64,000 bases of DNA, from assembly GCA_964477305.1 (NCBI GenBank), contig CAYZFF010000001.1, positions 7,442-71,441 of the forward strand. Reading direction: 5' to 3'. Shown piece by piece: positions 15,893-26,900 of the stretch (the stretch's first letter is position 1; each line of letters opens with the position of its first letter). The position numbers and the translations under genes were made by a program. Below the pieces are notes generated by a model. It saw nothing but the letters and a program-made list of their open reading frames with translations. It was not told where the DNA came from and did no database searches. The stretch is from an uncultured Cytophagia bacterium. Lineage in GTDB: Bacteria > Zhuqueibacterota > Zhuqueibacteria > Zhuqueibacterales > Zhuqueibacteraceae.

Positions 15893-18463
15893 TTGAATCC
15901 ATTTATGTTTTGGATGCAGCAAAAAATAATGAAAAACGGGAGCACAAGGGCGACTATTCGGGTTGTCCTTGTGCGCGTCTGGCTATTGTTGGGCGCGGGG
16001 CTATGTTTTATTTGTGAGGCAAATTGGCAAACAGCGTCGGCGCAATCCATTCCCGTGACGGCGGGGTATCGTGATTTCTATTTTGGCACCTCGGTGAACA
16101 ACACACCGACCGGCGAGAAACCGCAAAGCAAACTGTGGTGGAATGACGGCATTTGGTGGGGGTGCTTGTGGGATCCGATCCGGAAGACCAACACCATTCA
16201 GCGCTTCGAAGTGGCAACACAAAGCTGGTCGAGCACGGGCACGGGAATCGACGAACGATCGAATTCCAAAGCCGATGCGCTGTGGGACGGTAAACAGCTT
16301 TATCTCGTGTCACATATTTTTACACATACACCGATTCCGGCGGCGGAGGCGAATTCCGGGCGGCTTTACCGCTTCAGTTATCGCTCAACCTCGAAGAGTT
16401 ACAGCCTCGATCCGGGTTTTCCGGTGCTGGTCAATCGTTCCCTCTCGGAAACGCTGGTGCTTGCGAAAGATTCTTCCGGGCGGTTGTGGGTGACGTGGAC
16501 AGAGGGCGGCAAAGTGAAAATAAATCGCAGCGTCGGCAATGATCTCACGTGGGGAGCGCCGTTCGATTTGCCGGTGCAAGGCAATGACGTGGTCGAAGAT
16601 GATATTTCCACCATCATCGCATTTGGCGGCAACAAGATCGGCCTCATGTGGTCGAATCAAAATGACAAAACCACGTATTTCGCCGTGCATCGCGACGGCA
16701 ATGCCGATCAAACCTGGGAAGCGCGTGAGACCGCTTTGACCGACTCGAATCTCGGCGAAGTATCGTATGATCATATTAATCTTAAACCCGCATGCGATAA
16801 CGACGGCAATATTTATGCGGCAACGAAAACCAGTTTGGCGCGCAGCGAGCAGCCGTTGACCTACGTTTTAAAAAGAACCGCCGCCGGCGTTTGGTCGCGC
16901 TATCTTTTTGGCAAAGTCAGCGACGCCCACACGCGCCCGATTCTGTTGATCGACAGTGAACATCGCAAGCTCTACGTTGTTGCCACCCATGAGGTGACGA
17001 AAAAGCGCTGGGATATTTATATGAAGAGCAGCGATCTCGACAACATCGTCTTTGCTCCGGGATTGGGAACGCCGTTTATTAAAAGCGAAACGGATACGAT
17101 GATCAATAATCCGTCTTCAACCAAACAATGTTTGAGCGGTCGCACCGGTTTGTTGGTTATTGCCAGCGATCAATCGACCCGGCATTATTTACACAATTTC
17201 AACGATCTGGGCGGCGATCAAAATTTTTATCCGCTCACATTGCATAAAGTCGGCTCCGGCCGCGTGGCTCTAAATCCGCCGAGCGGCCCGTATAAAGCCG
17301 GCACAGTGGTAACGTTGACGGCGATACCGGATTCCGGTTTTCAATTTAATGGTTGGACCGGTGATTTGAGCGGCTTCGCCAATCCGGCGACAATAAAGAT
17401 CGACGCCGCGCGCAAAACAACAGCGATTTTTACGATCAGTAACGGCCGCGGGCAAGTGGTGCATGAAGAAACCAAGACTGGCGGCTCAAGCAATATTACG
17501 AGCGTGGCAACAGCCACGGCGCTTTCCGGTGCATCGAACCGTTTGTATTTGGCGGCGATTGCGACCAAGCCTAAAGTCAGTGTGTCGGGCGTCTCCGGAT
17601 TGGGATTGGAATGGGAACGGGTAAAAACGCAATGCTCCGGCCGTAATCAAACCGGCGTGGAGTTGTGGTTGGCGAAAGGCACGCCGCGCCACAGCGGCGC
17701 CGTGAGCGCGACATTTTCGTCGGCGCCGGTGAATGCCGTGATTGCCGTGTCCCGTTATGCCGGCGCGGATACGGCCAATCCGCTCGGCGCCATGCTCGCG
17801 GGCAATCCGAATGGAGTGAATGGCGCTTGTGAAAATGGCGTCGACAATAATTCTTATTCTTTTGAAATGACGACGACCCTACATGGCGCGATACTTTATA
17901 GCGCGGCGACGATGCGAAATTTGACACACACGCCGGGCGCCGGATTTACCGAGCGAACTGAAATCGTACAGGGCAGTTTCGGGCCGGCAGCGTCGGTGGC
18001 AGTGATGGATCGCCGGCTCACGACGGCGGGCACGGTTGCGGTCAATGGTACGTTTAGCAACAGCTCGGATTGGGCGGTGATTACGGCGGAGATTCGCCCG
18101 TTGGTCACGATGGATGTCAATGGCGTGGTGATTGGCCGCGAGACGCCAAGCGCCTTTGGCTTGACGCAAAACTATCCGAACCCGTTTTCCGCTGAGCGCA
18201 ATTTTGACAATCCGCACACGTTGATTAATTTCTCATTGCCGGAAGCGGGCGAGGTGACGCTGAATATTTATAATGAACTGGGCCGGTTTGTGCGCCAGTT
18301 GGTCGGGGGCAAATACCCGCGCGGCACGTACCAGGTGAATTGGAACGGCCGCGATGACACCGGCCGCCCGGTTGCGACCGGGATGTATTTTTATCAGATC
18401 ATCGTAAAGGGCGATAACGGCAACAACGTTTTTATGCAAACGCGGCGAATGATTTTGTTTTAA
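15893..18463 (+). CDS. secreted mosaic protein B: WWNDGxWWG N-domain + 1 B-repeat + 1 unassigned module + T9SS-type CTD
   Basis: Same N-domain as A, C and E (SKLWWNDGIWWGCLW ... RHYLHNF). B-repeat YPLTLHKVGSGRVALNP. Module at 17450. CTD NYPNPFSAE...LINFSLPEAGEVTLNIYN. The track start is TTG; in-frame ATGs follow at 15905 and 15929, so the true start is uncertain. Confidence 0.8.
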   Translation: MNPFMFWMQQKIMKNGSTRATIRVVLVRVWLLLGAGLCFICEANWQTASAQSIPVTAGYRDFYFGTSVNNTPTGEKPQSKLWWNDGIWWGCLWDPIRKTNTIQRFEVATQSWSSTGTGIDERSNSKADALWDGKQLYLVSHIFTHTPIPAAEANSGRLYRFSYRSTSKSYSLDPGFPVLVNRSLSETLVLAKDSSGRLWVTWTEGGKVKINRSVGNDLTWGAPFDLPVQGNDVVEDDISTIIAFGGNKIGLMWSNQNDKTTYFAVHRDGNADQTWEARETALTDSNLGEVSYDHINLKPACDNDGNIYAATKTSLARSEQPLTYVLKRTAAGVWSRYLFGKVSDAHTRPILLIDSEHRKLYVVATHEVTKKRWDIYMKSSDLDNIVFAPGLGTPFIKSETDTMINNPSSTKQCLSGRTGLLVIASDQSTRHYLHNFNDLGGDQNFYPLTLHKVGSGRVALNPPSGPYKAGTVVTLTAIPDSGFQFNGWTGDLSGFANPATIKIDAARKTTAIFTISNGRGQVVHEETKTGGSSNITSVATATALSGASNRLYLAAIATKPKVSVSGVSGLGLEWERVKTQCSGRNQTGVELWLAKGTPRHSGAVSATFSSAPVNAVIAVSRYAGADTANPLGAMLAGNPNGVNGACENGVDNNSYSFEMTTTLHGAILYSAATMRNLTHTPGAGFTERTEIVQGSFGPAASVAVMDRRLTTAGTVAVNGTFSNSSDWAVITAEIRPLVTMDVNGVVIGRETPSAFGLTQNYPNPFSAERNFDNPHTLINFSLPEAGEVTLNIYNELGRFVRQLVGGKYPRGTYQVNWNGRDDTGRPVATGMYFYQIIVKGDNGNNVFMQTRRMILF
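17450..18100 (+). repeat. unassigned ~216-aa two-Cys module, copy B1
   Basis: GQVVHEETKTGGSS...LYLAAIA...QCSGRN...VSRYAG...GACENGVDN...HTPGAGFTER...SDWAVITAEIRP. Confidence 0.85.
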
Positions 18464-18622
18464 AAATAACGAAGTAAAAGTGAAGTCCGGCTCGTTCCGC
18501 GCAATTTGAGTATATTAGAAAAAATCGCCACATCAGCCGAGCTTCACTCCACACCAAAAAACGAAGTCGTGAAAATGTCAACCGGGAGCCTGAACATCGG
18601 TGGCGTGAGACGAGGAGCACCC

Positions 18623-21600
18623 ATGATTCGCGAATCTCGGACAGCAGCGGCAATGGCGCGTTTCGGCTTGGTGATTTTGGGTCTGACGCTGTTTTTTGCC
18701 GGACGGCAAACGGCGCAGGCGCAATCGACGCCGGTGACCAACGGCCATCGCGATTTTTATTTTGGCGTGGCTGCGACGAATGAGCCGACGTATGGCAAGT
18801 CGGAAAGCAAGCTGTGGTGGAACGATGGTTGGTGGTGGGGTTTGTTGTGGAATCCGCTGACCAACCAATACGAAATTTACCGCCTGGATCCGGCCGTTCA
18901 AAGTTGGGTGGGCACAAATATCGTCGCCGATAATCGTGCCGGTTCGCGCGGCGATGTGTTGTGGGATGGGCAGTATCTTTATATCGCTTCGCATTATTAC
19001 GCTTCGAATGCCGGCCCCGCCACCGCGGGCCAACTCGCGAGACTTTATCGGTATAGCTACAACGCTGCAACCAAACAATACACGCCCGACGCGAACTTTC
19101 CCGTCACGATCAATAATTCCAAATCTGAAACGCTGACCCTCGACAAAGATTCGAGCGGCAAGCTGTGGGTCACGTGGATGGAAGGCAATAAAGTTTATCT
19201 CAATCGCACGCTGGGCAACGATCTGACGTGGGGCACGCCGTTTACTTTGCCGGTGCAAGGCGGCGATGCCGATCCGGATGATATTTCGGCTCTTGTCGCT
19301 TTCGGCGAAAATAAGCTTGGCGTGATGTGGTCGAACCAAAAAGATTCGACGAACTATTTTGCGGTGCATCGCGATGGCGAGGCGGATGAGGCCTGGCAGC
19401 CGCGTGAGGTGGCGCTGTCCGGCGCGGGCCTCGGGCCGGCAGTGGATGATCATTTCATCTTGAAAGCGTCGTGCGATGGCTCGGGCAATTTGTATGCGGC
19501 GGCTGTCACCAATCTTTCTGGTTCGCAAGCTGCCAGCATTTTTGTCTTAAAGCGAAATCCCGCTGGCGTTTGGAGCCGGCACGTTTTTGCCACGGGAAAT
19601 TTGAATCACACGCGGCCGATGTTAGTCGTGAATGATGAAGAACAGCGGTTGTATGTTTTGGCGCGCAGCACCGATACCAATCGCGGCAACATTTACCTGA
19701 AAAGCGCGAGCCTGAACGATCTGGTTTTTCCCACGGGCCGCGGCACGCCGATTTTGCGCAGCGCCTCCGACGCCGATATTACCAATCCCACTTCGACCAA
19801 ACAATGCGTCACCGACGCGACCGGCATTTTGATTTTAGCGGCGGACAAAGGCACTCGGTATTACCTGCACAATAATATTGATCTGCTCAATCGCACGCCG
19901 CGTATCACCGCTTTTGTTCCGGCGAGCGCGCCGATCAGCTCGCTGGTGACAATCACCGGCAGCAATTTTACTGGTGTGAGCAAAGTGTTATTCAACGGCT
20001 CGCCGGCGAATTTTACTTTTGATACCGATACGCAGATTCGCGCCATCGTGCCGATTGACGCGACGAACGGCAAAATTACCATCATCAATGATTTTGGCGT
20101 CGGCACCAGTTCCACGGAATTTTTCGTAACCTTACCTCCAATCATCAGCTCGTTTGCGCCAGTAAGCGGGCCGGTGGGAACATCCGTCACGATTCTCGGC
20201 AATAATTTTAGCGGGATTACCAGCATCGCTTTTAATGGTGTGAATGCGCCGGGTTTTACGGTGGATTCGAACACACAAATTCGTGCGAGCGTTCCGGCGG
20301 GCGCGGCGACGGGCAAGATTAGCGTCGCCGGCGTGAATGGCACGGGCCTTAGCCCGAATGTTTTTACGGTGACCTCGCCGCCGCAAATTTTTTCTTTTGC
20401 GCCAACGCGCGGCGCTGCCGGAACGGAAATCACGATTACCGGCAGTTCTTTCAGTGGCGTGACCGGAGTGAGTTTTAACGGCCGAGCAGCGACCTTTGCG
20501 CTGGATTCGGATGCGCAATTGCGCGCAAAAGTTCCGACCGGTGTAACTTCCGGGCCGATCATCATCACCAACTCGGCTGGCGCCGGCGCGAGCTTTGCCA
20601 ATTTTATCGCGCAATACGCGCTCACGGTTTCGGCGGTCGGCTCTGGCCGTGTGGAATTGAATCCGGCCGGCGGCGTTTATGATCAAGGCGCGGTGGTGGC
20701 GTTGAATGCCGTGCCGTTGCCGGGCGCGACGTTTCGCGATTGGGACGGCGATCTCAAAGGCACAAATCCGGCGATGACACTCGTGATGGATGGCGATAAA
20801 AAAGTCACCGCAAAATTTCAGGATATTGGGCGTTACACGGTGGCGTTGAATATTGTGGGCGCCGGTAACGTGGCGCTTGATCCGCCGAGCGGGGTGTATT
20901 TTGCCGGCACGGTGGTGACACTTACCGCAACGCCCTCAGCGGGATACGTGTTCAGTGGTTATGCCGGCGATTTTAAAGGGTGGATGAATGTCGAAACAAT
21001 CACAATTGACGCCAATAAAAATTTAACGGCGATTTTTTCGCCGCGCCCGGTCCCGCGTTTTGCCAATGGCATCTGGACGAGCGCCGCGGAAATCAGCGGT
21101 TTGCCGACAGCAGGATTAAGCTGGAATGAGATTAAAAACGGCGCGGACGAACCTATCGGCTTGCCGAATTTATCCGATCTGGAAGATTCGGTGAATGTGC
21201 ATGTGCTGGCGAAAGCGTTGGTTTATGCGCGCACCGGCGAAGAAAAATATCGCGACGCGGTGATCGCGGCATGCATGAGCGCGATTGACAGCGAAGATGG
21301 CGGTGAGACGCTGGCGTTGGGGCGTGAGTTGCTGGCGTACGTTTTGGCGGCGGATCTGGTTGTGCTGCCGGCAAATCAAGATGCAACGTTTCGCCAGTGG
21401 CTGCGAAAAATTTTGACGGAAGATTTAAATGGACAATCGCTGCGTACGGCGCATGAAACGCGGCCCAATAACTGGGGCCTGCACTGCGGCGCGACGCGCG
21501 CGGCGATTGCGCGCTACCTCGGCGACGTGACCGAGTTGGAACGCACGGCGCGCGTGTTCAAAGGATGGCTTGGCGATCGCGCGACCTACGCGGATTTTAC

Positions 21601-23644
21601 ATTTAACCCCGAAGAACTGTCGTGGCATGCCGATCCGAATGCGCCGGTCGGGATCAATCCTGCCGGAGCGACGATTCAAGGCCATTCGGTGGACGGGGTG
21701 CTGCCGGATGATCAGCGTCGGGACGGGCCGTTTCGGTGGCCGCCGCCCAAAGAAAATTATGTCTACGGCGCGTTGCAGGGCGCGTTGATGCAGGCGATTA
21801 TTTTGCATCGGGCTGGTTACGAGGTGTGGAACTGGCAGGATCGAGCTTTGTTGCGCGCGATGAAATGGTTGTACGAAGAAGCTGACTATCCAGTGGCGGG
21901 TGACGACAAGTGGTTGCCGCATATCATTAATTATTTTTACCAAACAGATTTTCCCGCGCCAATTCCGGCGGGCGCCGGTAAAAACGCGGGCTGGACGGAT
22001 TGGCTTTATGGTTCGAAATATGCATTGACGACGCGCTCGAGCAATGGCGGCATCGCGGTGCATGCCCTCGGCATGACAACTGACAGTTTAACGGTGTTGA
22101 GCTTACTGGCGGTGCCACAGTCCGGTTATCTGTTTACGGGGTGGAGCGATGATTTGAGCGGCCCTAAAAACCCTGAAACGCTCATCATGAATGCGCCGAA
22201 AAATGTGAGCGCCAATTTTGTGAAAGCCGGCCCGTTTAATGTCATGGTGAACATCGTTGGGCCGGGCGCAGTTACATTGAATCCGCCGGGCGGCGTGTAT
22301 TATGGCGGCACGGTAGTAAAACTGACGGCAACGGCGAATCCGGGGTTTGCTTTCGCCGGCTGGAGCGGCGATTTGACGGGCACGGTGAATCCGGTGAATT
22401 TGACGATCACCAATCATCGGAACATTACGGCGACATTTAAAGCGACTTACAATTTAACCGCGGAAATTGTGGGCCACGGCAAAATTTTGTTGGATCCGGC
22501 GAACGGCCCTTATGAAGCCGGCACGGTGGTAACGCTGACGGCGATTCCAGATACCGGTTATCAGTTTGTTGAATGGCGCGGCGATTTGTTGGGCGTGACC
22601 AATCCGGCAACGCTGACGATGAACGCCGCGAAGCGTGTGCAGGCGGTGTTCACGGTTATTCGCGTGTCGCATGAAGAAACCCAAACGGGCGGCTCCAGCA
22701 GTTCGGCATTGGTGACGACTGCGGCAAGTCTCGCCGGGGTGAAAGATCATCTCTATTTGGCGGCGATTACCACCCGGCCGCGGGCGCGCGTGAATTCGGT
22801 CACCGGGCTTGGGCTGAATTGGACACTGGTGAAAGTGCAGTGTTCCGGGCGGGATAATATCGGCGCGGAATTGTGGATGGCGCAAGGCGAGCCGGCCAGC
22901 GTCGGCACGGTGAATGCCAATCTCGCGTCCGCGCCATATAACTCGGCGATTGTGGTATCGCGTTACGCCGGCGTTTCGATAACGCATCCGTTGGACGATT
23001 TGGTCTCGGGCAACACCAAAGGTTTGGATGGCCCATGTGACGGCGGTTTGGATAACACCTCGTACTCGTTTAATGTGACGACCGCGGCTAACGGCGGCGT
23101 GATTTATAGCGTGGCGGCTATGCGCAACAAAACCCACACGCCGGGGCTGGGCTACCTCGAGCGCGTAGAAATGAAACAGGGGAGCAGCAGCAACGCGGCT
23201 TCGCTGGTGGTACAGGATAAAGTTTTTCCGACCGCCGGTACGGCAACCGTGAATGGCGCGTTTAACGGCAGCACCGATTGGGCCATGTTGGCGGTGGCCC
23301 TGCGACCGCAGGCGAGCGGCGATCCCGGCGATTTTGAAGATCCGGATGACAAGCCCCGCCCGCCGTTCTCGTTGCAGCTTTATCCGAATTATCCGAATCC
23401 GTTTAATTTCGGCACAAGCATCGAGTTTTTTATTTCCATCGAAACCAATGTGCGATTGGAGATTTTCAACCTTTCCGGCCAGCGAGTGCGCACCCTCATC
23501 AATGGCTTGCAATCCGCCGGCCGCAGCGTGGTGCAATGGAACGGCGCCGATGACGACGATGCGCCGGTGAGCGCCGGCATTTATTTGTTGCACCTCCGCG
23601 CCGGCGTCGAAAAATTAACGCGAAGAATTATTCTGCTGAAATAG
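18623..23644 (+). CDS. giant secreted mosaic protein C: WWNDGxWWG N-domain + 3 IPT/TIG + 2 B-repeats + alginate-lyase-like domain + 3 B-repeats + 1 unassigned module + T9SS-type CTD
   Basis: ATG 18623 follows GAGGAG (18612..18617) and gives a signal-like MIRESRTAAAMARFGLVILGLTLFFAG; the track ORF opens at 18506. The lyase-like domain is about 21059..22012 (GIWTSAAEISGLP...RPNNWGLHCGATRAA...NAGWTDWLYG). Module at 22661. Confidence 0.8.
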   Translation: MIRESRTAAAMARFGLVILGLTLFFAGRQTAQAQSTPVTNGHRDFYFGVAATNEPTYGKSESKLWWNDGWWWGLLWNPLTNQYEIYRLDPAVQSWVGTNIVADNRAGSRGDVLWDGQYLYIASHYYASNAGPATAGQLARLYRYSYNAATKQYTPDANFPVTINNSKSETLTLDKDSSGKLWVTWMEGNKVYLNRTLGNDLTWGTPFTLPVQGGDADPDDISALVAFGENKLGVMWSNQKDSTNYFAVHRDGEADEAWQPREVALSGAGLGPAVDDHFILKASCDGSGNLYAAAVTNLSGSQAASIFVLKRNPAGVWSRHVFATGNLNHTRPMLVVNDEEQRLYVLARSTDTNRGNIYLKSASLNDLVFPTGRGTPILRSASDADITNPTSTKQCVTDATGILILAADKGTRYYLHNNIDLLNRTPRITAFVPASAPISSLVTITGSNFTGVSKVLFNGSPANFTFDTDTQIRAIVPIDATNGKITIINDFGVGTSSTEFFVTLPPIISSFAPVSGPVGTSVTILGNNFSGITSIAFNGVNAPGFTVDSNTQIRASVPAGAATGKISVAGVNGTGLSPNVFTVTSPPQIFSFAPTRGAAGTEITITGSSFSGVTGVSFNGRAATFALDSDAQLRAKVPTGVTSGPIIITNSAGAGASFANFIAQYALTVSAVGSGRVELNPAGGVYDQGAVVALNAVPLPGATFRDWDGDLKGTNPAMTLVMDGDKKVTAKFQDIGRYTVALNIVGAGNVALDPPSGVYFAGTVVTLTATPSAGYVFSGYAGDFKGWMNVETITIDANKNLTAIFSPRPVPRFANGIWTSAAEISGLPTAGLSWNEIKNGADEPIGLPNLSDLEDSVNVHVLAKALVYARTGEEKYRDAVIAACMSAIDSEDGGETLALGRELLAYVLAADLVVLPANQDATFRQWLRKILTEDLNGQSLRTAHETRPNNWGLHCGATRAAIARYLGDVTELERTARVFKGWLGDRATYADFTFNPEELSWHADPNAPVGINPAGATIQGHSVDGVLPDDQRRDGPFRWPPPKENYVYGALQGALMQAIILHRAGYEVWNWQDRALLRAMKWLYEEADYPVAGDDKWLPHIINYFYQTDFPAPIPAGAGKNAGWTDWLYGSKYALTTRSSNGGIAVHALGMTTDSLTVLSLLAVPQSGYLFTGWSDDLSGPKNPETLIMNAPKNVSANFVKAGPFNVMVNIVGPGAVTLNPPGGVYYGGTVVKLTATANPGFAFAGWSGDLTGTVNPVNLTITNHRNITATFKATYNLTAEIVGHGKILLDPANGPYEAGTVVTLTAIPDTGYQFVEWRGDLLGVTNPATLTMNAAKRVQAVFTVIRVSHEETQTGGSSSSALVTTAASLAGVKDHLYLAAITTRPRARVNSVTGLGLNWTLVKVQCSGRDNIGAELWMAQGEPASVGTVNANLASAPYNSAIVVSRYAGVSITHPLDDLVSGNTKGLDGPCDGGLDNTSYSFNVTTAANGGVIYSVAAMRNKTHTPGLGYLERVEMKQGSSSNAASLVVQDKVFPTAGTATVNGAFNGSTDWAMLAVALRPQASGDPGDFEDPDDKPRPPFSLQLYPNYPNPFNFGTSIEFFISIETNVRLEIFNLSGQRVRTLINGLQSAGRSVVQWNGADDDDAPVSAGIYLLHLRAGVEKLTRRIILLK
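22661..23311 (+). repeat. unassigned ~216-aa two-Cys module, copy C1
   Basis: RVSHEETQTGGSS...LYLAAIT...QCSGRD...VSRYAG...GPCDGGLDN...HTPGLGYLER...TDWAMLAVALRPQ. Confidence 0.85.
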
Positions 23645-23744
23645 GCTTTTGTCGGTATTAGCAGATATGGCATTGAGCAATTGTCTGGCAAAATATTATT
23701 GCCAGAATCCCGGACGGGATTAACCATAAATCGGGTTGTTTTTT

Positions 23745-23766
23745 CCCGCAACACATTGCGGGTTTA
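23745..23766 (+). terminator. possible terminator hairpin downstream of protein C gene
   Basis: 7-bp stem CCCGCAA (23745..23751) / TTGCGGG (23756..23762), 4-nt loop, followed by TTTAT and preceded by a T-run. Confidence 0.35.
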
Positions 23767-23941
23767 TCATGTTGGACATTCTACACCTCTTTTAGCGAAT
23801 TTTTCCTCGGCAGTAAGTTTTTTTTGTTTTAAATAAATTTTGGCAGGGCCGGAGCAGGCTAAAGTCAATTGGTTAGTGCAGGCAGAGCACTAATGGTCTC
23901 GCAGGGACGCTACGTTAAACCACAAAAAAGCGAGACTTTTT

Positions 23942-26900
23942 ATGAACACGTTGAAATCCCGCAAAATCGCGGGACTCGTGGCCAGCGTTGCGGCATTTTT
24001 GCTGTGCGCCATCGGTTTGAGCTCCGCTCAAATCGTCCACGAAGAGACGAAGTTTGGCGCGTCCGGCCCTGATCCGAGCGTGACGACTTCGGCGAGCCTC
24101 ACCGGTGTAAATGGCAACCTGTACCTGGCCGCCATTACCACCAAGCCCAAATTGGGCGTCACCTCAGTCTCCGGCCTCGGCTTAAACTGGAAACCAGTGA
24201 AAGCGCAGTGCTCCGGACGCAATTCCACCAATGTACAAGTTTGGATGGCGCAAGGAACGCCGACCGGCAACGGTACGGTAACCGCCACATTTGCCGACTC
24301 GGCAAAGAATGCCATTCTCGTGGTGTCACGCTATTCTGGCGTGCATGCCTCGTTTCCGCTGGGCAGTGTAATTTCCGGCAACACCACGGGCAGCAACGGT
24401 GCTTGTGCCGGCGGCGTGGATAATATTTCGTATTTGTTTAATCTGACCACAGGTTCGAACGGCGCCTACGTGTATAGCGCGGTGGTCATGCGCGCCAAAA
24501 CCAACACACCGGGCCCCAGTTTTATTGAGCGCGCCGAGTTGATCAAAGGCACCGGCGGTGATGTGGTTTCCTTGGCCGTGCAGGATAAAAGCGTGCCAGT
24601 GGTGACGTCGACGACGATTGACGGTTTCTTCAACAGCGCGGTCGATTGGTCGTTGATTGGATTGGAAATTCGCCCGGCCAATGCGGTCGGCGGCCCGACG
24701 CAATATTCCTTGACGACGAATGCGGTCGGCCTCGGCAGCGTGGAGCTGACCCCGGCGGGCGGCGCGTATGATTTCGGCACGGAAGTGACTTTGAAAGCCG
24801 TGCCGGTGACCGGCTTCAAGTTTGACGGTTGGAGCGGCGATGTGAGCAGCACCACCAATCCGGTCAAGATTACGATGAATGCGAACAAGCATGTCATCGC
24901 GACGTTCTCCCAGGTTATTCCCTCCTATCGTTTAAATGTTAACACGATCGGCAATGGCAGCGTTACGCTTAACCCGCCGGGCGGCACGTACAAGGCCGGC
25001 ACGGTGGTGACTTTGACCGCAAAGCCTGCTCCGAGTTTTGTGTTCAATGGCTGGAAAGGCGCATTGACCGGTTTGACCAGCCCGCGCACGATTACCATGA
25101 ATGCGCATCAGAACGTGACGGCAACTTTTACCGGCGGCGCGGCCACCGGCAAGGTGTTGCACAAAGAAACCAAATTCGGCGTCGCCAGCAAATCGCTGGT
25201 GGTTACCACTTCTGAAAATCTCGCGCCCGCCAACGGTCAAATTTATTTGGCGGCGATTTCTTCCAAGCCGAAACTCGGCGTGGTGAGTGTAACCGGCCTC
25301 GGCATGACTTGGGTGCCGGTGAAAGTACAATGCTCCGGCCGCAATGGCAACGTCATCCAGGTGTGGATGGCGCAGGGTACGCCGACGGGCGCCGCGCCGG
25401 TCTCCGCCACGTTTGCGGATACCGCGACCAACGCGATCATTGTGGTGTCGAGATATTTTGGCGTGCATGCCACGAAACCGCTCAGCAATGTGATTTCGGC
25501 AAACACCACGGGCCTCGATGGCGATTGTTCGGGCGGCGTTGACAGCAATGTGTATTTGATGAACACCGCAACGACGGCCGCGGGCTCGCTGATTTTTTCG
25601 GTGACGACGATGCGCTCCAGAATGCATACGCCGGGCGCCGGCTATGCCGAGCGTGCCGAAGCCGTATTTGGCATTGGCGGCGATGTGATCTCAGTGGCGA
25701 CCTCCGACAAGAATTTCCCCACCGCCGGCAATGCGGCAGTGGCTGGTTCTTTTGACGGTGATACCGACTGGGCCACAGTGGGTATCGAACTCAGACCGGC
25801 AGGGGCGACGATTGTCAACGCCAAGTACACGGTTGTTGCGACCCCGGATGATTCCGGTACGGTGAATGTTAATCCGGTGCAGCCCGTCGGCGGCTACGTC
25901 GCCGGCAGCACGGTAACTTTGACGGCCACGCCAATGTCAGGGTTCAAATTCACTGGCTGGAGCGGTGACATTTACAACACCGCCAATCCGGTGACCATGG
26001 TGATGAACGCCAACAAAGTTGTGTCGGCTAAGTTTGTGGCGCTGCCGCCGACGTTGTACAAACTCGCGGTCAGCACCCTCGGGCAAGGCAAAGTGATTCT
26101 CGATCCGCCCGGCGGCACTTACAAAGCCGGAACGCTGGTCAACATGTCGGTAGTGCCGGACAGCGGTTTTACGTTTCTGGGTTGGGGCGGTGATTTGAGC
26201 GGCACGACCACGCCGACCTCGATCTTGATGAGTGCCAACAAAAATGTGAAAGCGACTTTTAAGGGCAGCTTCACCAAAGGTCAGATTGTCAACGAGGAAA
26301 CCCAGGTTGGCACCTCGAGCGGCGCTTCGACGATCACCACGCTGTTTCCGATAACGGCAGCGCCGGGTGATCTGTATCTCGCCGCGATTACCAGCAAACC
26401 GCGCCTCAATGTGATGTCGGTAACCGGCCTCGGCCTGACCTGGACTCCGGTGACGACGCAATGCTCCGGCCGCAACAGTGGCGGCGTTGAAATTTGGATG
26501 GCGCAAGGCACGCCGACCGCTGACGACGTGGTGGTGGCCAGTCTGATCAGCCCGGCGACGAACGCCGTCATGGTGGTGTCGCGTTATTCCGGGGTGAGCA
26601 CCACGTCCCCGATTGGCACCATCCTCGCGGCAAATACGAATGGTCCCGCGGGCATCTGCGCCAATGGCGTGGACAATGCGGCTTATGCCTTGAACATGAA
26701 CACGACGGTAAACGGCGCGCTGATTTTTGGCGCCGCGATCATGCGCTCTAAAACGCATACCGCCGGCCTCGGCTTCACCGAGCAGGTCGAGTTGGCGCAA
26801 GGCACGGGCGGCAACATGGTTTCGTTGGCGGTTTTCGATAAACATACCACGGCCCCGGGCCCGATAATCGTTGACGGTAAATTCAATGGTTCAGTTGATT

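Noticed and set aside
18578-19528. Long minus-strand ORFs opposite the giant genes. Examples are 18578..19528 (316 aa), 22454..23593 (379 aa), 26993..27961 (322 aa), 27885..28844 (319 aa), 15017..15784 (255 aa) and 57194..57940 (248 aa).
   Set aside because: Each is fully embedded antisense to a + strand ORF that has clear domain content. Their translations are Arg/Gly/Ala/His-rich low-complexity strings with no recognisable motifs. This is typical of shadow ORFs in this codon-usage regime.
23869-24072. Small + strand ORF (67 aa) overlapping the start of gene D.
   Set aside because: It overlaps the well-supported signal peptide and first module of gene D in another frame and has no motif content. 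It is most likely spurious.
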